Notes: generated by a model from the sequence alone, not told the origin. A stretch of DNA of 64,000 bases from Mobula birostris (GCF_030028105.1 NC_092371.1:25968439-26032438), one strand, 5' to 3'; shown: positions 24,350-37,592, counted from the stretch's first letter. Program-made: numbers and translations.

Positions 24350-26860
24350 TGCCAAACTGTTATTCTGCCTAGTCCCATCGACTCACACCTACACATAAAC
24401 CTCCCTACCATTCCCACTAAGGTACTTATACAAACCTCTGTCAAATGTTGCTATCAAACTCACATCCACCACTTCCACTTGCAGCTTGTTCCACAATCAC
24501 AACATACTCTGAGTGAAGAATATCCTCCTCAGGTTTACCTTAAATATTTCACCTTACACACTTAACCTATGACCTATGGTTCTAGTCTTACCCAATCTCA
24601 AAGGAAACAACCTGCTTGCACTTACCCTATCTATACCCCTCATAATCTTGTATCATCATCATCTTCAGGTGCCATGCCCAGTTTGAGCTTTGACTGCCAT
24701 GGCCCACACAATCCTGTTTCGGGTCAAGTGGATCAATTCATTGGTATTCATTTCCAGTTCTCTGGCTGCTGTCTCCATCATCATTTGTCTTTGTCTTCAA
24801 TCTTTCCCATAATTACCGTGCATTCTAACTCCTCTGTCCAATGAAGTTATGTTGCCTTTTCATGATCTCATACATTATTTCTCTTTTTGTGTTTGCTCTG
24901 TTCATGACATCCTCATCAGATATTCGTTTCGTCCATGATATTCTTTGCACCCTCCTCAAAAACCACATCTCTGCTGCTACAATTCGTTTCCTCATGTTAC
25001 TAGATATTGCCCAACATTCTGAGCCATATAACATAACTGGATAAACGTAACTTTTCAGTAATCTGAGGCGGGTTGTCATGCCTAGTTTAGTATTGGTCAG
25101 TATACTCTTCATTCTCTTAAAGGAGTCTTTTGCCATCCCTATTCTTCTTTTGATGTGCAAGTCACACCTGCCATCTGATGTCACCCAGCTTCCTAAGTAG
25201 CAAAATTTCTGTACTTGTTTTATGTCTTCCCCGTTTATTCTCAGCCTGGAGATAGGATTCTCCTTCTTTTTGGACATCACCATACATTCTGTCTTTTTGC
25301 AATTGATAGACAGACCAATTTTTGCACTTTCTTCAACAATTATATCAATTAAATTTTGTAGTTCTTCCTCCGTACTTGCAATTAACACAGTGTCATCTGC
25401 ATATCTGAAATTGTTGATGTTTTCACCGCCAACTTTAATTCCCAAGATGTCTTTTATTTTTTGTAATATTGTAATATTAATCTTGTATACCTCTATCAAA
25501 TCTTCCCTTCTTCTCCTACACTCCTGAAAATAAAGCCCTAACCTTATTCAACCCTTCCCCATAACTCAGGTCATCAAGCCCGACAACATCCTCATAAATT
25601 TTCTCCTTACTTTTTAAATCTTATTGATATCTTTCCTGTGGATAGGTGACCAGAATGCACACTATACTCCAAATTTGGCCTCACCAATATTTTATGCAAC
25701 TCCAACATTACATCCTAACTCCTGTACTCAATTCTTTGAATTATTAAGGCCAATGTGCCAAAAGCTCTCTTTGCAACCCTGTGACACCACTTTCAGGTTC
25801 AGATTCAGATTCTGAACATGAAAGATTCATAATTCAAGGAATTACGAATCCCAGATCTCTTTGTTTTACCACACTCCTCAGTGCCCTATTGTTCACTATG
25901 TAAGTTCTACCCTTCTTTGTCCCCCCTAAAGTGCAACACCTCACACTTGTCAGCATTAAATTCCATCTGCCATTTCTCAGCCCATTTTTCCAGTGGGTCC
26001 AGATTCCACTGCAAGTTTTGATAGTCTTCCTTACTGTCTATTAAGCTGCCAACCTTGGTGTCATCCACAAGTTTGCTGAACCAGTTAACATTATCATCAG
26101 CTTGTTGATATAGATGACAAACATCAATGGGCCCAGCATTGATCCCTGTGGCACACCACTAGGCCTCCAGTCAGAGAGGCAATCATCTACTGCCACACAC
26201 TGGCTTCTCCCACTAAGCCAACGTTGAATCCAATTTACTACTTCATCCTGAATGTAATTGAACCTTCTGGACTAACCTCCCATGCAAGACTTTGTCAAAG
26301 ACCTTGTTAAAGTCCATGTCTTTCCTTCATCACCTTTCCTGGTGACCTCCTTGAAAAACTTTATAAGATTGGTTAGACAAAACCTAGCAGTATCGCCTAT
26401 CCTATATCAGTCCATTTTATCCAAATCCTTATGTATCCTGTCCCTTAGAATGCCTTCCAAATAATTTACCCACTACTGACATCATGCTCACTGGCCTATA
26501 ATTTTCAGGCTTGTTCTTAGAGCCTTTTTAAAACAATGGAGCAACATTAGCTATCCTCCAGTACTCAGGCACTCCACCCATGATTAAGAACATTTTATAA
26601 ATACCTCTGCAGTTTCTCCACTAGCCTTCCACAAGGTCCAAGGAGACACCCTGTAGGATCCTGGGAACTTAGCTACCCTAATGTGCCTCAAGAAAGCAAG
26701 CACCTCCTTTTCTGCAATCTGGATATGGTTCATAACCCACTACTCTTTTGCCTCAGTTCTATAGACTACATTTCAGTCTCCTAAGTAAACACAGGTGCAA
26801 AGAATCCATCCAAGATCTCCCCCATCTCTTTCAGCTCCATTGCTAGATGACCATAGTATT
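24350..26860 (-). mobile_element. Degraded CR1 LINE interrupted by an RTE insertion
   Basis: Antisense CR1 RT sequence on both sides of the RTE (MIEVYKI junction; GVPQGSMLGP-like near 26130-26160). Confidence 0.75.
24654..25477 (-). mobile_element. 5'-truncated RTE-clade LINE
   Basis: INNFRYADDTVLIA, FCYLGS, VMLYGSECW; (GAT)n tail; 11-bp TSD TAATCTTGTAT at 24643-24653 and 25478-25488. Confidence 0.92.
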
Positions 26861-26869
26861 ATAGGAAAG

Positions 26870-28555
26870 ATATCCCTATCATTGCAGGGGATTTCAACCA
26901 GGCCAACTTCAGAAAGTCTCTGTTTAACTACTACCAACATATCACCTGTGGAACCAGAGGAGCCAACGGACTTGACAACAGTCACAACACCATCAAGAAA
27001 ACTTGCAATGACATCCCAAGCCTGCACTTTGTAAAGTCTGATCACCTGGCTGTGCTTCTACTCCCTGAGTACAGGCAGAGACTAAAGACTGCAGCACCAA
27101 TAGTGAGGACCAAGAAGGTATGGTGAAGGGAGGCAGAGGAGCATTTCCAGGACTACTTTGATTTGGTGGACTCGACAATATTCAGGTATTCATCTTCCAA
27201 TCTGAATGAATATGTCACAGTTGACAGCGACTTCATCATGATCTGTATGGATGAGTGTGTGCCTTTGAGAACATACTAGACACACCCAAACCAAAAGCTG
27301 TGAATGAACCAGGAGATTCATAGCCTACTGAGGGGTAGATCCGTGGCATTCAAGACCAGTGATCCAGGTACGACCTACAGAAGCCTATTTTAAGAGTGAG
27401 AGAACAATTTGAATTGAAGTTAGATATGGAATTGGTTTCATGTCAGCTCTGACAGGGTTTGCAGGCAATTACTTCCTACAAACCTGATGTCATGAATGGC
27501 TGTGATGCTTAATTTCCATATGAGCTCAATGTCTTTTATGCACGCTTTGAAAGGGAAAATAAAGCTACACCTGTGCAAAACCCTGAAGCATCTTGTGGCC
27601 CTGTGATCTCTGTCTTGGAGACCAATGTCAGAATATCTTTCAAAAGGATGAACCTTGCAAAGCATAAGCTTTGTTAAGGTGTTCATGGTGTTCTTGATAA
27701 GGGCACTGAAAATCTGTGCCAACTAGTTGATGGAAGTGTTTAAGGACATCTTCAATCTCACTGCTGTAATCAGAAGTTCCCATCTTCTTCAAAAGGACAA
27801 CAATCATACCAGTGCCCAAGAAGAGCAGGTTGAGCTGCTTCAACGACTATTGTCCAGAAACTCTCATGTCTACTGTGCTTTGAGACGTTGGTCATTGCTA
27901 TAATGAACTCGTGCCTAAGCAGGGACCAGGACCAGCTGCAATTTGCCCATCACCAAAATAGCTCACTGGATCATTGGACAATAGCAATATTTATATCAGA
28001 CTGCTGTTTATCTTTGAACATCTCAGCATCCAACAGCAGCATACCCTCGGTACGAATCAACGTGCTCCAAACCCTGAGCCTCTGTACCTTCCTCTGCAAC
28101 TGGATCCTTGACTTCCTCATTGAGAGACCACAGTCAGTGCGTATCAGAAATAACATCTACTCCTCACTGAAAATCAACACTGAAACACCTCAAGGATGTG
28201 TGCTTACCCCACTTTACACCCATGACTGTGTGGCTAGGCACAGCTCAGAAACCATCTATAAATTTGAAAATGACAAATATTGTTGCCAGAATTTCAGATG
28301 GTAACAAGGAGGCATGCATGACAGAGATAAACCAGCTGGTGTCAGAACAACAACCTTACACGCAACGTCAGTAAGACCAAAGAAGTGATTGTGGACTTCA
28401 GGAAGGGGAATTCATGGGAACACATGCCAGCCCTAATAGAGGGATCAGCTGTGCAAAGGTGAACAGTTTCAAGTTCCTGGGTGTCAGCACCCTTGAAGGT
28501 CTATCCTGGGCCCAACATCTGATGCAATTACAAAGAAGGCATGGCAGCAGCTATA
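26870..28555 (+). mobile_element. Degraded Rex1/Babar LINE (APE-RT)
   Basis: GDFNQANF, YQHITCGTRG, LCNWILDFL, PQGCVLTPLYTHDC. Confidence 0.85.
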
Positions 28556-28949
28556 ACCCACACGGTCGTGGGGAAAATGTATGAACTCCTGACAGGTGGT
28601 GGTAGGAATTGAACCAGATCACCTGCATTGTAAAGTATTGTGCTAACCACTGCTCTACCACGTCGCCCCACTGATCTCAGTCACAAGCAGGCTAGTTCTC
28701 AATTTAAGATTATGTCTTCTTTTCCCCTAGGTAGAATTAATTCCGTGCCTACCTCATCAATTCCCATTGATCATTTAAAAACCTTGATTAGGTCACCCTT
28801 CAACTTTAAAAACGTATGGAAATGCAAACACTTGGTCTCACAATTAAACCCTTAAGCCTGAGTGAAAATAGAACATTGCTGATTCATTGGATTGTGAAGA
28901 CTTTAAACTCCTGATTAGCTGCCAGCTCTTTAACGTTATGAGATTCTAA

Positions 28950-29205
28950 GCTCCATTTCTCTTATCTCTTTCTAAAATGCTCACACTTATCCTCAGTGAG
29001 GTCTCCAACATGTGTGTGTGTGGGAGGGATAGGACGGGCAAGAGAACAGAATTGCGTTTCCTAAACTGACCGCCCCTTGATGCCATGTGACATTATGACA
29101 GGCATTCCGGCTTTTCCGAGAATCCAGGCAAACAGCTGTTGCTGACGAGGTAGTGGGCAGTTGGGACTTTAAATCTTCCAGAGCTCAAGCACCAAGCTGG
29201 GCAAC
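28950..29205 (+). promoter_or_regulatory. Putative TUBB1 proximal promoter
   Basis: GATA site CTTATCT (28961-28967) and CTTATCC (near 28987), ETS-like TTCCGG near 29105, E-box CAGCTG near 29133; motif matches only. Confidence 0.4.
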
Positions 29206-29262
29206 ATGCGTGAAATAGTGCACTTTCAGATTGGCCAATGTGGTAACCAAGTAGGGGGCAAG
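29206..29262 (+). CDS. TUBB1: TUBB1-like exon 1 (MREIVHFQIGQCGNQVGGK)
   Basis: MREI autoregulatory start; donor GTAAGT. Confidence 0.96.
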
Positions 29263-30644
29263 GTAAGTGGAGTTTAGTTTGGATGACCGAACGAGTTATT
29301 TCTTAATTTTGTAAATTGGGATTGTGCTTCAGGGGTCCGTGGAATACCAGCCTTGCCCGTGTGACCATTGTTAACCATTGGTTTCAAGGGGCACATCCAC
29401 CCATGGGTCAGAGCCTTGGTCTTGAATGCATAATCTCAGCTGACACCACAATACTATCGCCGAATGTGGCACTGCCTTCAGTTGAGACAGTGGGCAAGCC
29501 TTCCAACAGTTATAGATGGTCAAAGTACAACACCAATATTCCATACTCAACAGAAGATCAATTGAGGACATGGATTGTGAACAAATTACATTGACGTGGA
29601 TCAGAGAGAGATGGTTATATATCTCAGTATCTTGTGGAAGTACATGAAATAAAAATAATGGTTTATACGTGTATTTTATTTAGATATTAAATAAGTGTAA
29701 AATATTAAAACACTTCTGTTTATCTCTTAATGTTGGAGAGCTTACTCAAAACTAGTTGTGAGGTGGGTAATTTTTGTACTTTGAACTTGGATAGTACATT
29801 GAATGATGCAGTCTAAAATTTAAATGTCATGCAACGTGGTTGAAGTGACTGGCAGTGTGTGGTTAGTAAACAGATAAGAGCAGAGATGGGTGGGGGAATT
29901 TCTCTGAAATGCCTGTCAGTCTTGTTTACACATTGCAGAATTGCTCCCCTCTCTCTGTGACTCTTAACCAACCAGAGTGCAAGTGAAAAGTGCAAAGGCA
30001 ACAGCGGCTGACCTCCATTAGCAAATGGATAGATTTACTATGTGTTGTTTCTGGCTCACAAAGGTCCATAGTCTCTGTCATTGTGGCAAAGGGAAGCTCT
30101 GCTACTGTCAGTTTGAAGTCAATGGACATCAAGCAGAAAACACTCAAACTCCCTTGCACAAAGGAAGATGGTTGTGGATGCCAGAAATCAATCATCCCAG
30201 CCTAAAACATCTCTGTGGGAGCTTCTCAGTGCTGTGTACTGGTCCCAACCATCTACAGCTGCTTCATCAACAACCTTCCTTCTATAAGTTCAGAAATAGA
30301 GATATTTGTGGTGATGTCAAATTCCACTGACAACTCTTCAGAAAATGACAACATCCAGACAACAGTCAAACATGGGCAGGTAATATTCATGCCAGACAAT
30401 GGATGCTTGCAAGGAGAGATTGAACTAGCCACTCTTTGCATTCGATGGCATGACCATCAGAGTCTTCAACCATCAGCATCCTGGAGGTCATAACACAATC
30501 AGATTATGTCCAGCTATCTGTAGCTAATCAAGCAGGTCAAAGGCTGGATGTCCTGCACACAACTGATTCACCTCCTGTCTCACAAAAGCCTTTCAATTAT
30601 CTGCAAGGAATAAGTCAAAAACTTGACAAAATCATTGTTGACAA

Positions 30645-31585
30645 CGTCACTGTCATTAGCCAAATCAAAGGTGGTGACGAATCAGCATAGGAAGATTGAA
30701 AATCTTCCTCAGGATGCCACATCAAGAACCTCTAACACAATGCCAGCAAGACTAAGAAGCTGATTATTTACTTCAGGAGGAGGAAACTGGAAATCCATGA
30801 GCCAGTCCTCATCAGAGGATCAGAGGTGGAGGGGGTCAGCAACTTCAAATTCCTTGGGGTTATTAGTTCAGAGGATCTGTCCTGGGCCCAGCACATAAGT
30901 GTGACTACAAAGAACGTACAGCAGAGCCTCAACTTAGAAGTTTGCGAAGATTCAACATGACATCTAAAACTTCGACGAATTTCTATAAATGTGTGGTGGA
31001 GAGTATATTGACTGGTTGCATCGCTGCCTGGTATGGAAACAACAATGTCCTTGAACAGGAAATCCTATAAGAAGTAGCGGATGTGGCCCAGTTTATCACA
31101 GACAAAGCCCTCCCCACCATTGAGCTCATCTACACAGAGTGCTGTCACAGGAAGGCAGCATCTATCAAGTACCCCCACCACACCGGCCATGCTTGTTTCT
31201 CGATGCCGCCATCAGAAAAAAGGTACAGGAGCCTCAGGACCCACACCATCAGGAGCAGTTATTACCTTTCAACCATCAGGGTCTTGAACCAAAGGAGATA
31301 ACTTCACTCTCCTCATCACTGAACTGTTCCCACAACCTATGAACTCACTTTCAAGGACTCTTCATCTCATGTTCTCGATAGTTATGATTATTATTATTAC
31401 TTCCTTTTCTTTAGTATTTGCAGTTAGTTGTCCTTTGCACATTGGTCATTTGCCTGTCCTGTTGGGTGCAGCATTTCATTGATTCTTTTATGTCTTTTGG
31501 ATTTACCGAATGTGCCTGCAAGAAAATGAATCTAAGGGTTGTATATGGTGAGGTATATGTACTTCGATAATAAATTTACTTTGTC
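30645..31585 (+). mobile_element. Rex1/Babar LINE 3' part in TUBB1 intron 1
   Basis: FKFLG, FYKCVVESILTGCIAAWYG, SYYLSTIRVLN; ends GATAATAAATTTACTTTG. Confidence 0.8.
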
Positions 31586-32171
31586 CTTTGGGCTTGTTGA
31601 GATGAGAGCTGGTCCAATAACACTAAAGCAAGTCAACAATATTTTGGACAGGGCAGCCCACTTGACCAGCACCCCATCCACTACTGTAAGCTTTCACTGC
31701 CTCCAACACTGATACACTATGGATGCAGTACATTGTTTACCTTGACTGCTCTGACAGCATCTTCCAAACCCATGAGCCCTACCACCAAGCAGAGCAATGG
31801 ACACAGGAACACCACCAGCTCTCTGCAAACCCACTCCCCCAACTTAAGATTTCATCAACATTTGGTCTAAATCCTGCTCGTCACTTCACAACACTGAGAG
31901 CTCCATTACGGTAAGAGTTGCACTGATTCAAAAAGGCCTGCTCAAGGGTAGGCAATAAATATTAGTCTTGTCAGTCCTTGTAAAACAGATAGAATTATTG
32001 AAAATAATTTCAGTCCATCTGATCATTGCCATATTCATGATCCTCATCATCATCAGGTGCCATGCCCAGTTTGAGCTTTGACTGCCATGGTCCACACACT
32101 CCTATTTCGGGTCAAGTGGATCAATTCATTGGTATTCATTTCCAGTTCTCTAGCTGCTGTCTCCATCATCA

Positions 32172-33063
32172 AATGCCCACCACTAAGCTCCCTATGCGGC
32201 TCCCTTGTCCATTCATCCCTCCCAACCCTCCCCACTGATCTCCCTCCTGGCACTTATCCTTGTAAGCGGAACAACTGCTACACATGCCCTTACACTTCCT
32301 CCCTTACCACCATTCAGGGCCCCAGACAGTCCTTCCAGGTGAGGCGACACTTCACCTGTGAGTCGGCTGGGGTGATATACTGCATCCGGTGCTCCCTATG
32401 TGGCCTTTTATATATTGGCGAGACGCGACGCAGACTGGGAGATCGTTTTGCTGAACACCTACGCTCTGTCCGCCAGAGAAAGCAGGATCTCCCAGTGGCC
32501 ACATATTTTAATTCCACATCCCATTCCCATTCTGATATGTCTATCCACGGCCTCCTCTACTGTAAAGATGAAGCCACACTCAGGTTGAAGGAACAACACC
32601 TTATATTCCGTCTGGGTAGCCTCCAACCTGATGGCATGAACATTGAATTCTCTAACTTCCGCTAATGCCCCACCTCCCCCTCGTACCCCATCCGTTATTT
32701 ATTTATATACACCAATTTTTTTCTCTCTCTCTCTCTCCTTTCTCTCCCTCTGTCCCTCTGACTATACCCCTTGACCATCCTCTGGGTTCCCCTCCCCCTT
32801 GTCTTTCTACCCAGGCCTCCTGTTCCATGATCCTCTCATATCCCCTTTGCCAATCACCTGTCCAGCTCTTGGCTCCATCCCTCCCCCTCCTGTCTTCTCC
32901 TATCATTTTGAATCTCCCCCTCCCCCTTCCACTTTCAAATCTCTTACTAGCTCTTCCTTCAGTTAGTCCTGACGAAGGGTCTCGGCCTGAAACGTCGACT
33001 GTACCTCTTCCTAGAGATGCTGCCCGGCCTGCTGCGTTCACCAGCAACTTTGATGTGTGTTGC
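32172..33063 (+). mobile_element. Penelope-like element 3' part (GIY-YIG endonuclease + terminal repeat)
   Basis: GVIYCIRCSLCGLLYIGETRRRLGDRFAEH...HLIFRLGSLQPDGMN in ORF 32078-32665; CT-rich UTR and hammerhead-containing terminus. Confidence 0.92.
32965..33000 (+). ncRNA. Minimal type I hammerhead ribozyme in the Penelope terminus
   Basis: AGTC-CTGACGA-AGG[GTCTCGG]CCT-GAAAC-GTC-GACT: helix I AGTC/GACT, CUGANGA box, helix II, GAAA box, GUC cleavage triplet. Confidence 0.8.
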
Positions 33064-33359
33064 GTGTCTTTGTCTTCCTCCTGCTTTCTTCCCTTCAATC
33101 TTTCCCATAATTACCATGCATTCTAACTCCTCTTTCCTAATCTCATGTCCAATGAAGTTGCGTTGCCTTTTCATGAACTCATACATTATTTCTCTTTTTG
33201 TGTTTGCTCTGTTCATGACATCCTCGTGAGATCCTCATTTCGTCCATGATATTCTTTGCATCCTCCTCAAAAACCACATCTCTGCTGCTACAATTCATTT
33301 CCTCATGTTACTATATTCATGATACAGTACACCTAACAAAAATTTGTTTTCTCTGACAG

Positions 33360-33468
33360 TTCTGGGAGGTGATTAGTCAAGAACATGGAATCAACTCCAA
33401 AGGGAATTATGAAGGAGATTCAGACCTCCAACTTGAGAGAGTCAATGTATACTTCAACGAAGCACATG
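33360..33468 (+). CDS. TUBB1: TUBB1-like exon 2 ([36 protein letters not shown])
   Basis: Acceptor ctctgacAG, donor GTGAGG; 109 nt. Confidence 0.96.
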
Positions 33469-35491
33469 GTGAGGAAGCCATTTAAAGAAGCATTGAACTT
33501 ACTGCCCTTGTAGCTGCTTACACGTATACTGTCATTTATCTTCAACGTAGTTTTGTAGCAAACTCATCTGCAAAGCTCCAAAGCACAGGTAAAATTGAGC
33601 AACATACTATAATAGTATTATCATTGACAAATGTCATGAAATTTGCTGTTTTGCAGCAGCAGTACAATGCAAGACAGAAAACAAACCATAAGCTACAATT
33701 AAAAATACACAATGCTAACAGGAGTAGTGAGGTAGCGTTCATGGACCGTTCTCAGAAATCTAATGGCAGAGGGGAAAACGCTGTTCCTAAAACGCTGAGT
33801 GTGCATCTTCAAGCTCCGAACGGTCGAAAGGACAGGAGGGCATTTCCAGGATGTGTCCTTCTTGAGGCACCACCTTTTGAAGAGGTCCTCGATGGTGGGG
33901 AGTGTTGTGCTGTGATGGATCTGGCCTTTATCCCTCTGCCTATAGCTTTCTGTCACCTCTTTCAATCCTCCCCGTGGAGAATCCGACACAGGTCCGGTGT
34001 CAGAAAGGATCTGGCAAGTGAGGATTGGGACGGGCTATTTCCTAGCAAAGGTGTACTTGGTAAGTGGGAGGCCTTCAAAAGTGAAACTACAACCACTAGT
34101 TGGGTGAGACTACAACTGGAGGTCATGGGTTGAGGATGAAAGGTGAAATGTTTAAAGGGAACATGAGGGAAACTTTTTCACTCAGAGGATGGTGAATGTG
34201 GAACAAGCTGCCGGTACAAATGGTAAATTCGATTTCAACGTTTAAGAGAAGTTTGGATGGTATATGGATAGCAGGGGTACGGAGGGCTATGGTCTAGGTG
34301 CAGTCGTTGGGACTAGGCAATTAAGATGGTTCAGCACGGACAAGAAGGGCCAAGGGGCCTGCTTCTGTGCTGTAGTTTTCTATGACTGTGATCATAGAAA
34401 TGTGCTGACCAAAGTTAAGAACATGGTTTTCAATCTGCTGCCCAAATGTGCACAGCACAAAGATAAAACTTACAGCTCAGGAGAGCTGAATGGAAAATAA
34501 ATACCACTCTTGTCCCTTAGAAGGATCTTCTCTGAATCTGTGACTAGGACATTGTTGCCAAGGTACAGATGGTGCTTTTCTCTTTCACCTACACTTGGAG
34601 AGTTTCAAAGGAGGGGGTTACTCTAAAATCAACCCAGGATATACTTTGGTTTCTATAACTTCCGGTAACCGCTCCCCTCTGTCCCTTTTCTTTAAACCAT
34701 CACTTCGGCTCATCTCTTTTCCCTCCCCGACTCCCACGATCTGCCCATTACCCACCATTTTCCCTCCTCACCTTTCTTTGTTCCACAATCAACCATCCTA
34801 TCAGATTCCATCATCTTCAGCCCTTGTTTACTTCCATCTGTCATCTTCCAGCTTCTTCCATCACTACCACTCCTCCCCTCCCTCAGTTACCTACCAACCC
34901 TCAAAATCTGGATCCACCCTGACCTTTTTATAGTGGCTATCTCTCCCCTTTCTTTCCAGACCTGATGAGGGGTTTTGACCCAGAAAATCTGTCCATTTCC
35001 CTCCACTGACGCTCCCTGACCTGCTGGATTTTATTTTATTTAGGGATACAGCATGGACCAGGCCCTTCTGGCCTAACGAGCCACCCAGCAACCCACCTAT
35101 TTACTTCAACCCTATCACACAACAATTTACAATTACCAATTAACCTACTAACCGGTATGACTTTGGGAAACCCACGCATTCACAAGGAGGACATACAAGC
35201 TGATGGTGTCGGAACCGAATTCTGAACTCCAGCTTTATCGTGTGTTGCTCCAGGATACACTTCCTCTGGTAATGTGTCAAGGGGCTGTGTAGATCATGCT
35301 TTAGTCTGATTTGACTATGTTCAACATGTGAAAATGTTTGATGGGATAGAGCAAAGGAGGCATTATAATATCCAATCTATGCCATATCAAAGGCTTTCTC
35401 AGTGTGGAGAATTGTGAAATAGTTGGAGTTTACATGTATCATATTGAATATTGTGTACTGCAAGGCTAAATTGTGAACCTTTTTCCTTCAG

Positions 35492-35602
35492 GTAACAAGT
35501 ACGTGCCGAGGGCAGTACTGGTGGACTTGGAGCCTGGAACAATGGATAGTGTCCGGTCTGGCTACATCGGTCAGCTCTTCAGGCCGGATAACTTCATCTA
35601 TG
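35492..35602 (+). CDS. TUBB1: TUBB1-like exon 3 ([36 protein letters not shown])
   Basis: Acceptor ttccttcAG, donor GTACAG; 111 nt. Confidence 0.96.
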
Positions 35603-36245
35603 GTACAGCTTTAACTCAAAAAAAAACAGGATACTTTGAACTGAAAATTTTTTACTGTTAAAAACTCAAATTATTCTTAAGTCCGACATTTTTAGGCTTG
35701 GTTCTTTCTGATGTGCGCTCCATTTGCTGGGTCACAGAGCCACATTAATGAGAGCCTGGTCAGTTATATATACACACAAATAGATTCAGGAACACAGAAA
35801 GACAAACCTGCTGAAGAGCTTATCTATTGGATAAGAGTCTGATACAGTGGATAAAGGGTAACAGAGATACACCCAGTGGACAGCACATCTGTCTTATTCA
35901 GAGAATACCAATCAGACGTGTGTAAGACTTTGAATCTTACACACTAGGCCAGGCATTGAGTCAGTGCCCAGCAGGCAAGTCTGGACACAGTAAGGTCTGA
36001 GTGTTAGTGAGCAGGTATTTATAATGATGGGTACAGGAGCACTGGGAATTCTTTGCTGTGGATTCTTCTGTGTTATCAGTAAAAGATTAGAATGAACAGT
36101 TTCCTAAAGACTTCCAGTTATGGTACAGCAATTGATTAATCATTCCTATTACTGATCTGTACAGATGCTCCATTTATTTGTCAGATCCATTTAACCAGTC
36201 TCTTTTCTCTCTCCAACCCTCACACCCCACTCCACCTGGGTGCAG

Positions 36246-37312
36246 GAAACTCAGGGGCTGGCAACAACTGGGCCAAAGGCCATTACACAGAAGGTGCCGA
36301 GCTGGTGGAAAACGTGCTGGATGTCATGAGGCATGAGTGCGAGAGCTGTGACTGCCTCCAAGGCTTCCAGTTGATACACTCACTGGGAGGAGGCACTGGC
36401 TCAGGCATGGGCACTCTCATCATGAGCAAAATCCGAGAGGAATACCCCGATAGAATCATGAACAGCTTCAGCGTGATGCCTTCACCGAAGGTCTCTGACA
36501 CTGTGGTTGAACCGTACAATGCCACCTTGTCCATCCATCAGCTGATAGAGACCACCGATGCAACCTTCTGCATCGACAACGAGGCCTTGTACGACATTTG
36601 TTTCCGGACCTTGAAGCTCCCCACACCAACCTACGGTGACTTGAACCATTTGGTCTCCATGACGATGAGCGGTGTCACCACCTCACTACGTTTCCCAGGT
36701 CAACTCAATGCAGACCTGAGGAAGCTGGCAGTCAATATGATTCCTTTTCCTCGGCTGCATTTCTTCATGCCTGGTTTTGCCCCACTGACGTCCCGTGGAA
36801 GCCAAGACTACCGCTCGCTGACTGTTCCAGAACTCACTCAGCAGATGTTCGACGCCAGGAACATGATGGCAGCCTGTGATCCGCGTCACGGCAGGTACAT
36901 GACTGTGGCAGGGATCTTCAGAGGCAAGATGTCCACCAAGGAGGTGGATGATCAGATGTTAGCTGTCCAAACCAAGAACAGCCATCACTTTGTGGAGTGG
37001 ATCCCCAATAATGTCAAGGTGGCTGTGTGTGACATTCCACCAAAGGGACTCAAAATGTCTTCCACTTTCATAGGGAACAACACTGCCATCCAAGAGCTCT
37101 TCAGGCGCATTAGTGAGCAGTTCTCCGCCATGTTTAGAAGGAAGGCTTTTCTCCATTGGTACACAGGAGAAGGTATGGATGAGATGGAGTTCACAGAAGC
37201 CGAATGCAATATGAATGATTTGGTGTCTGAGTACCAACAGTACCAAGACGCTACAGTTGAGGTTGAAGATACGGAGCATGAAGAGGAAGAAGCCAACTCT
37301 GCGCAAGTTTGA
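36246..37312 (+). CDS. TUBB1: TUBB1-like exon 4 ([11 protein letters not shown]...[10 protein letters not shown])
   Basis: GGGTGSG signature and acidic C-terminal tail; ORF 36305-37312 extends upstream to the acceptor gtgcAG at 36245. Confidence 0.97.
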
Positions 37313-37586
37313 GTAATTAGGAGAACTGTGCACCTCGCCAAAGGAATAATGAATGTAACAGCAAAAGAAGTGAATCAAACATCTAAAGTAACAATGATCT
37401 TATTCTAATTGGAAATATTAGGAATGAACCTGGAAACTGAAATCACCACTATATCTTCATAGATTTATAATTTCATATTTTACCTATGCATCATTAGCAA
37501 CCAAACTTCAGAAGCATTGCTTGGAAACATTAGATGTTTATCTACTGAACACAAACATAGGCAACCGTCATAAATTAGTGAGGAAA

Positions 37587-37592
37587 AATAAA
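37587..37592 (+). terminator. Candidate polyadenylation signal of TUBB1
   Basis: First AATAAA I found downstream of the stop, about 275 nt away. Confidence 0.45.

Larger units (their letters stand above)
32043..33315 (-). mobile_element. RTE LINE 3' fragment split by a Penelope insertion
   Basis: Nearly identical to the RTE at 24654-25010; (GAT)n tail near 32043; sequence resumes at about 33064. Confidence 0.85.
29206..37312 (+). other. TUBB1: Beta-tubulin gene span, class VI / TUBB1-like, 4 exons, 447 aa
   Basis: Coding exons of 57+109+111+1067 nt (canonical vertebrate beta-tubulin structure); class VI-type residues [36 protein letters not shown]; adjacent to ATP5F1E as in mammals. Confidence 0.88.

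Noticed and set aside
17030-29100. SYS1, DBNDD2, TP53TG5 or CTSZ exons expected from mammalian synteny
   Set aside because: No matching peptide recognised; short divergent exons cannot be excluded without TBLASTN
32078-32665. Possible domesticated GIY-YIG nuclease gene
   Set aside because: The start lies in the antisense RTE flank and the rest is an ordinary truncated Penelope copy with its terminus attached
32665-33126. ORFs of 153 and 131 aa on both strands
   Set aside because: Low-complexity translations of the CT-rich Penelope UTR
36283-37378. Minus-strand ORFs over tubulin exon 4
   Set aside because: Antisense shadows of the tubulin CDS
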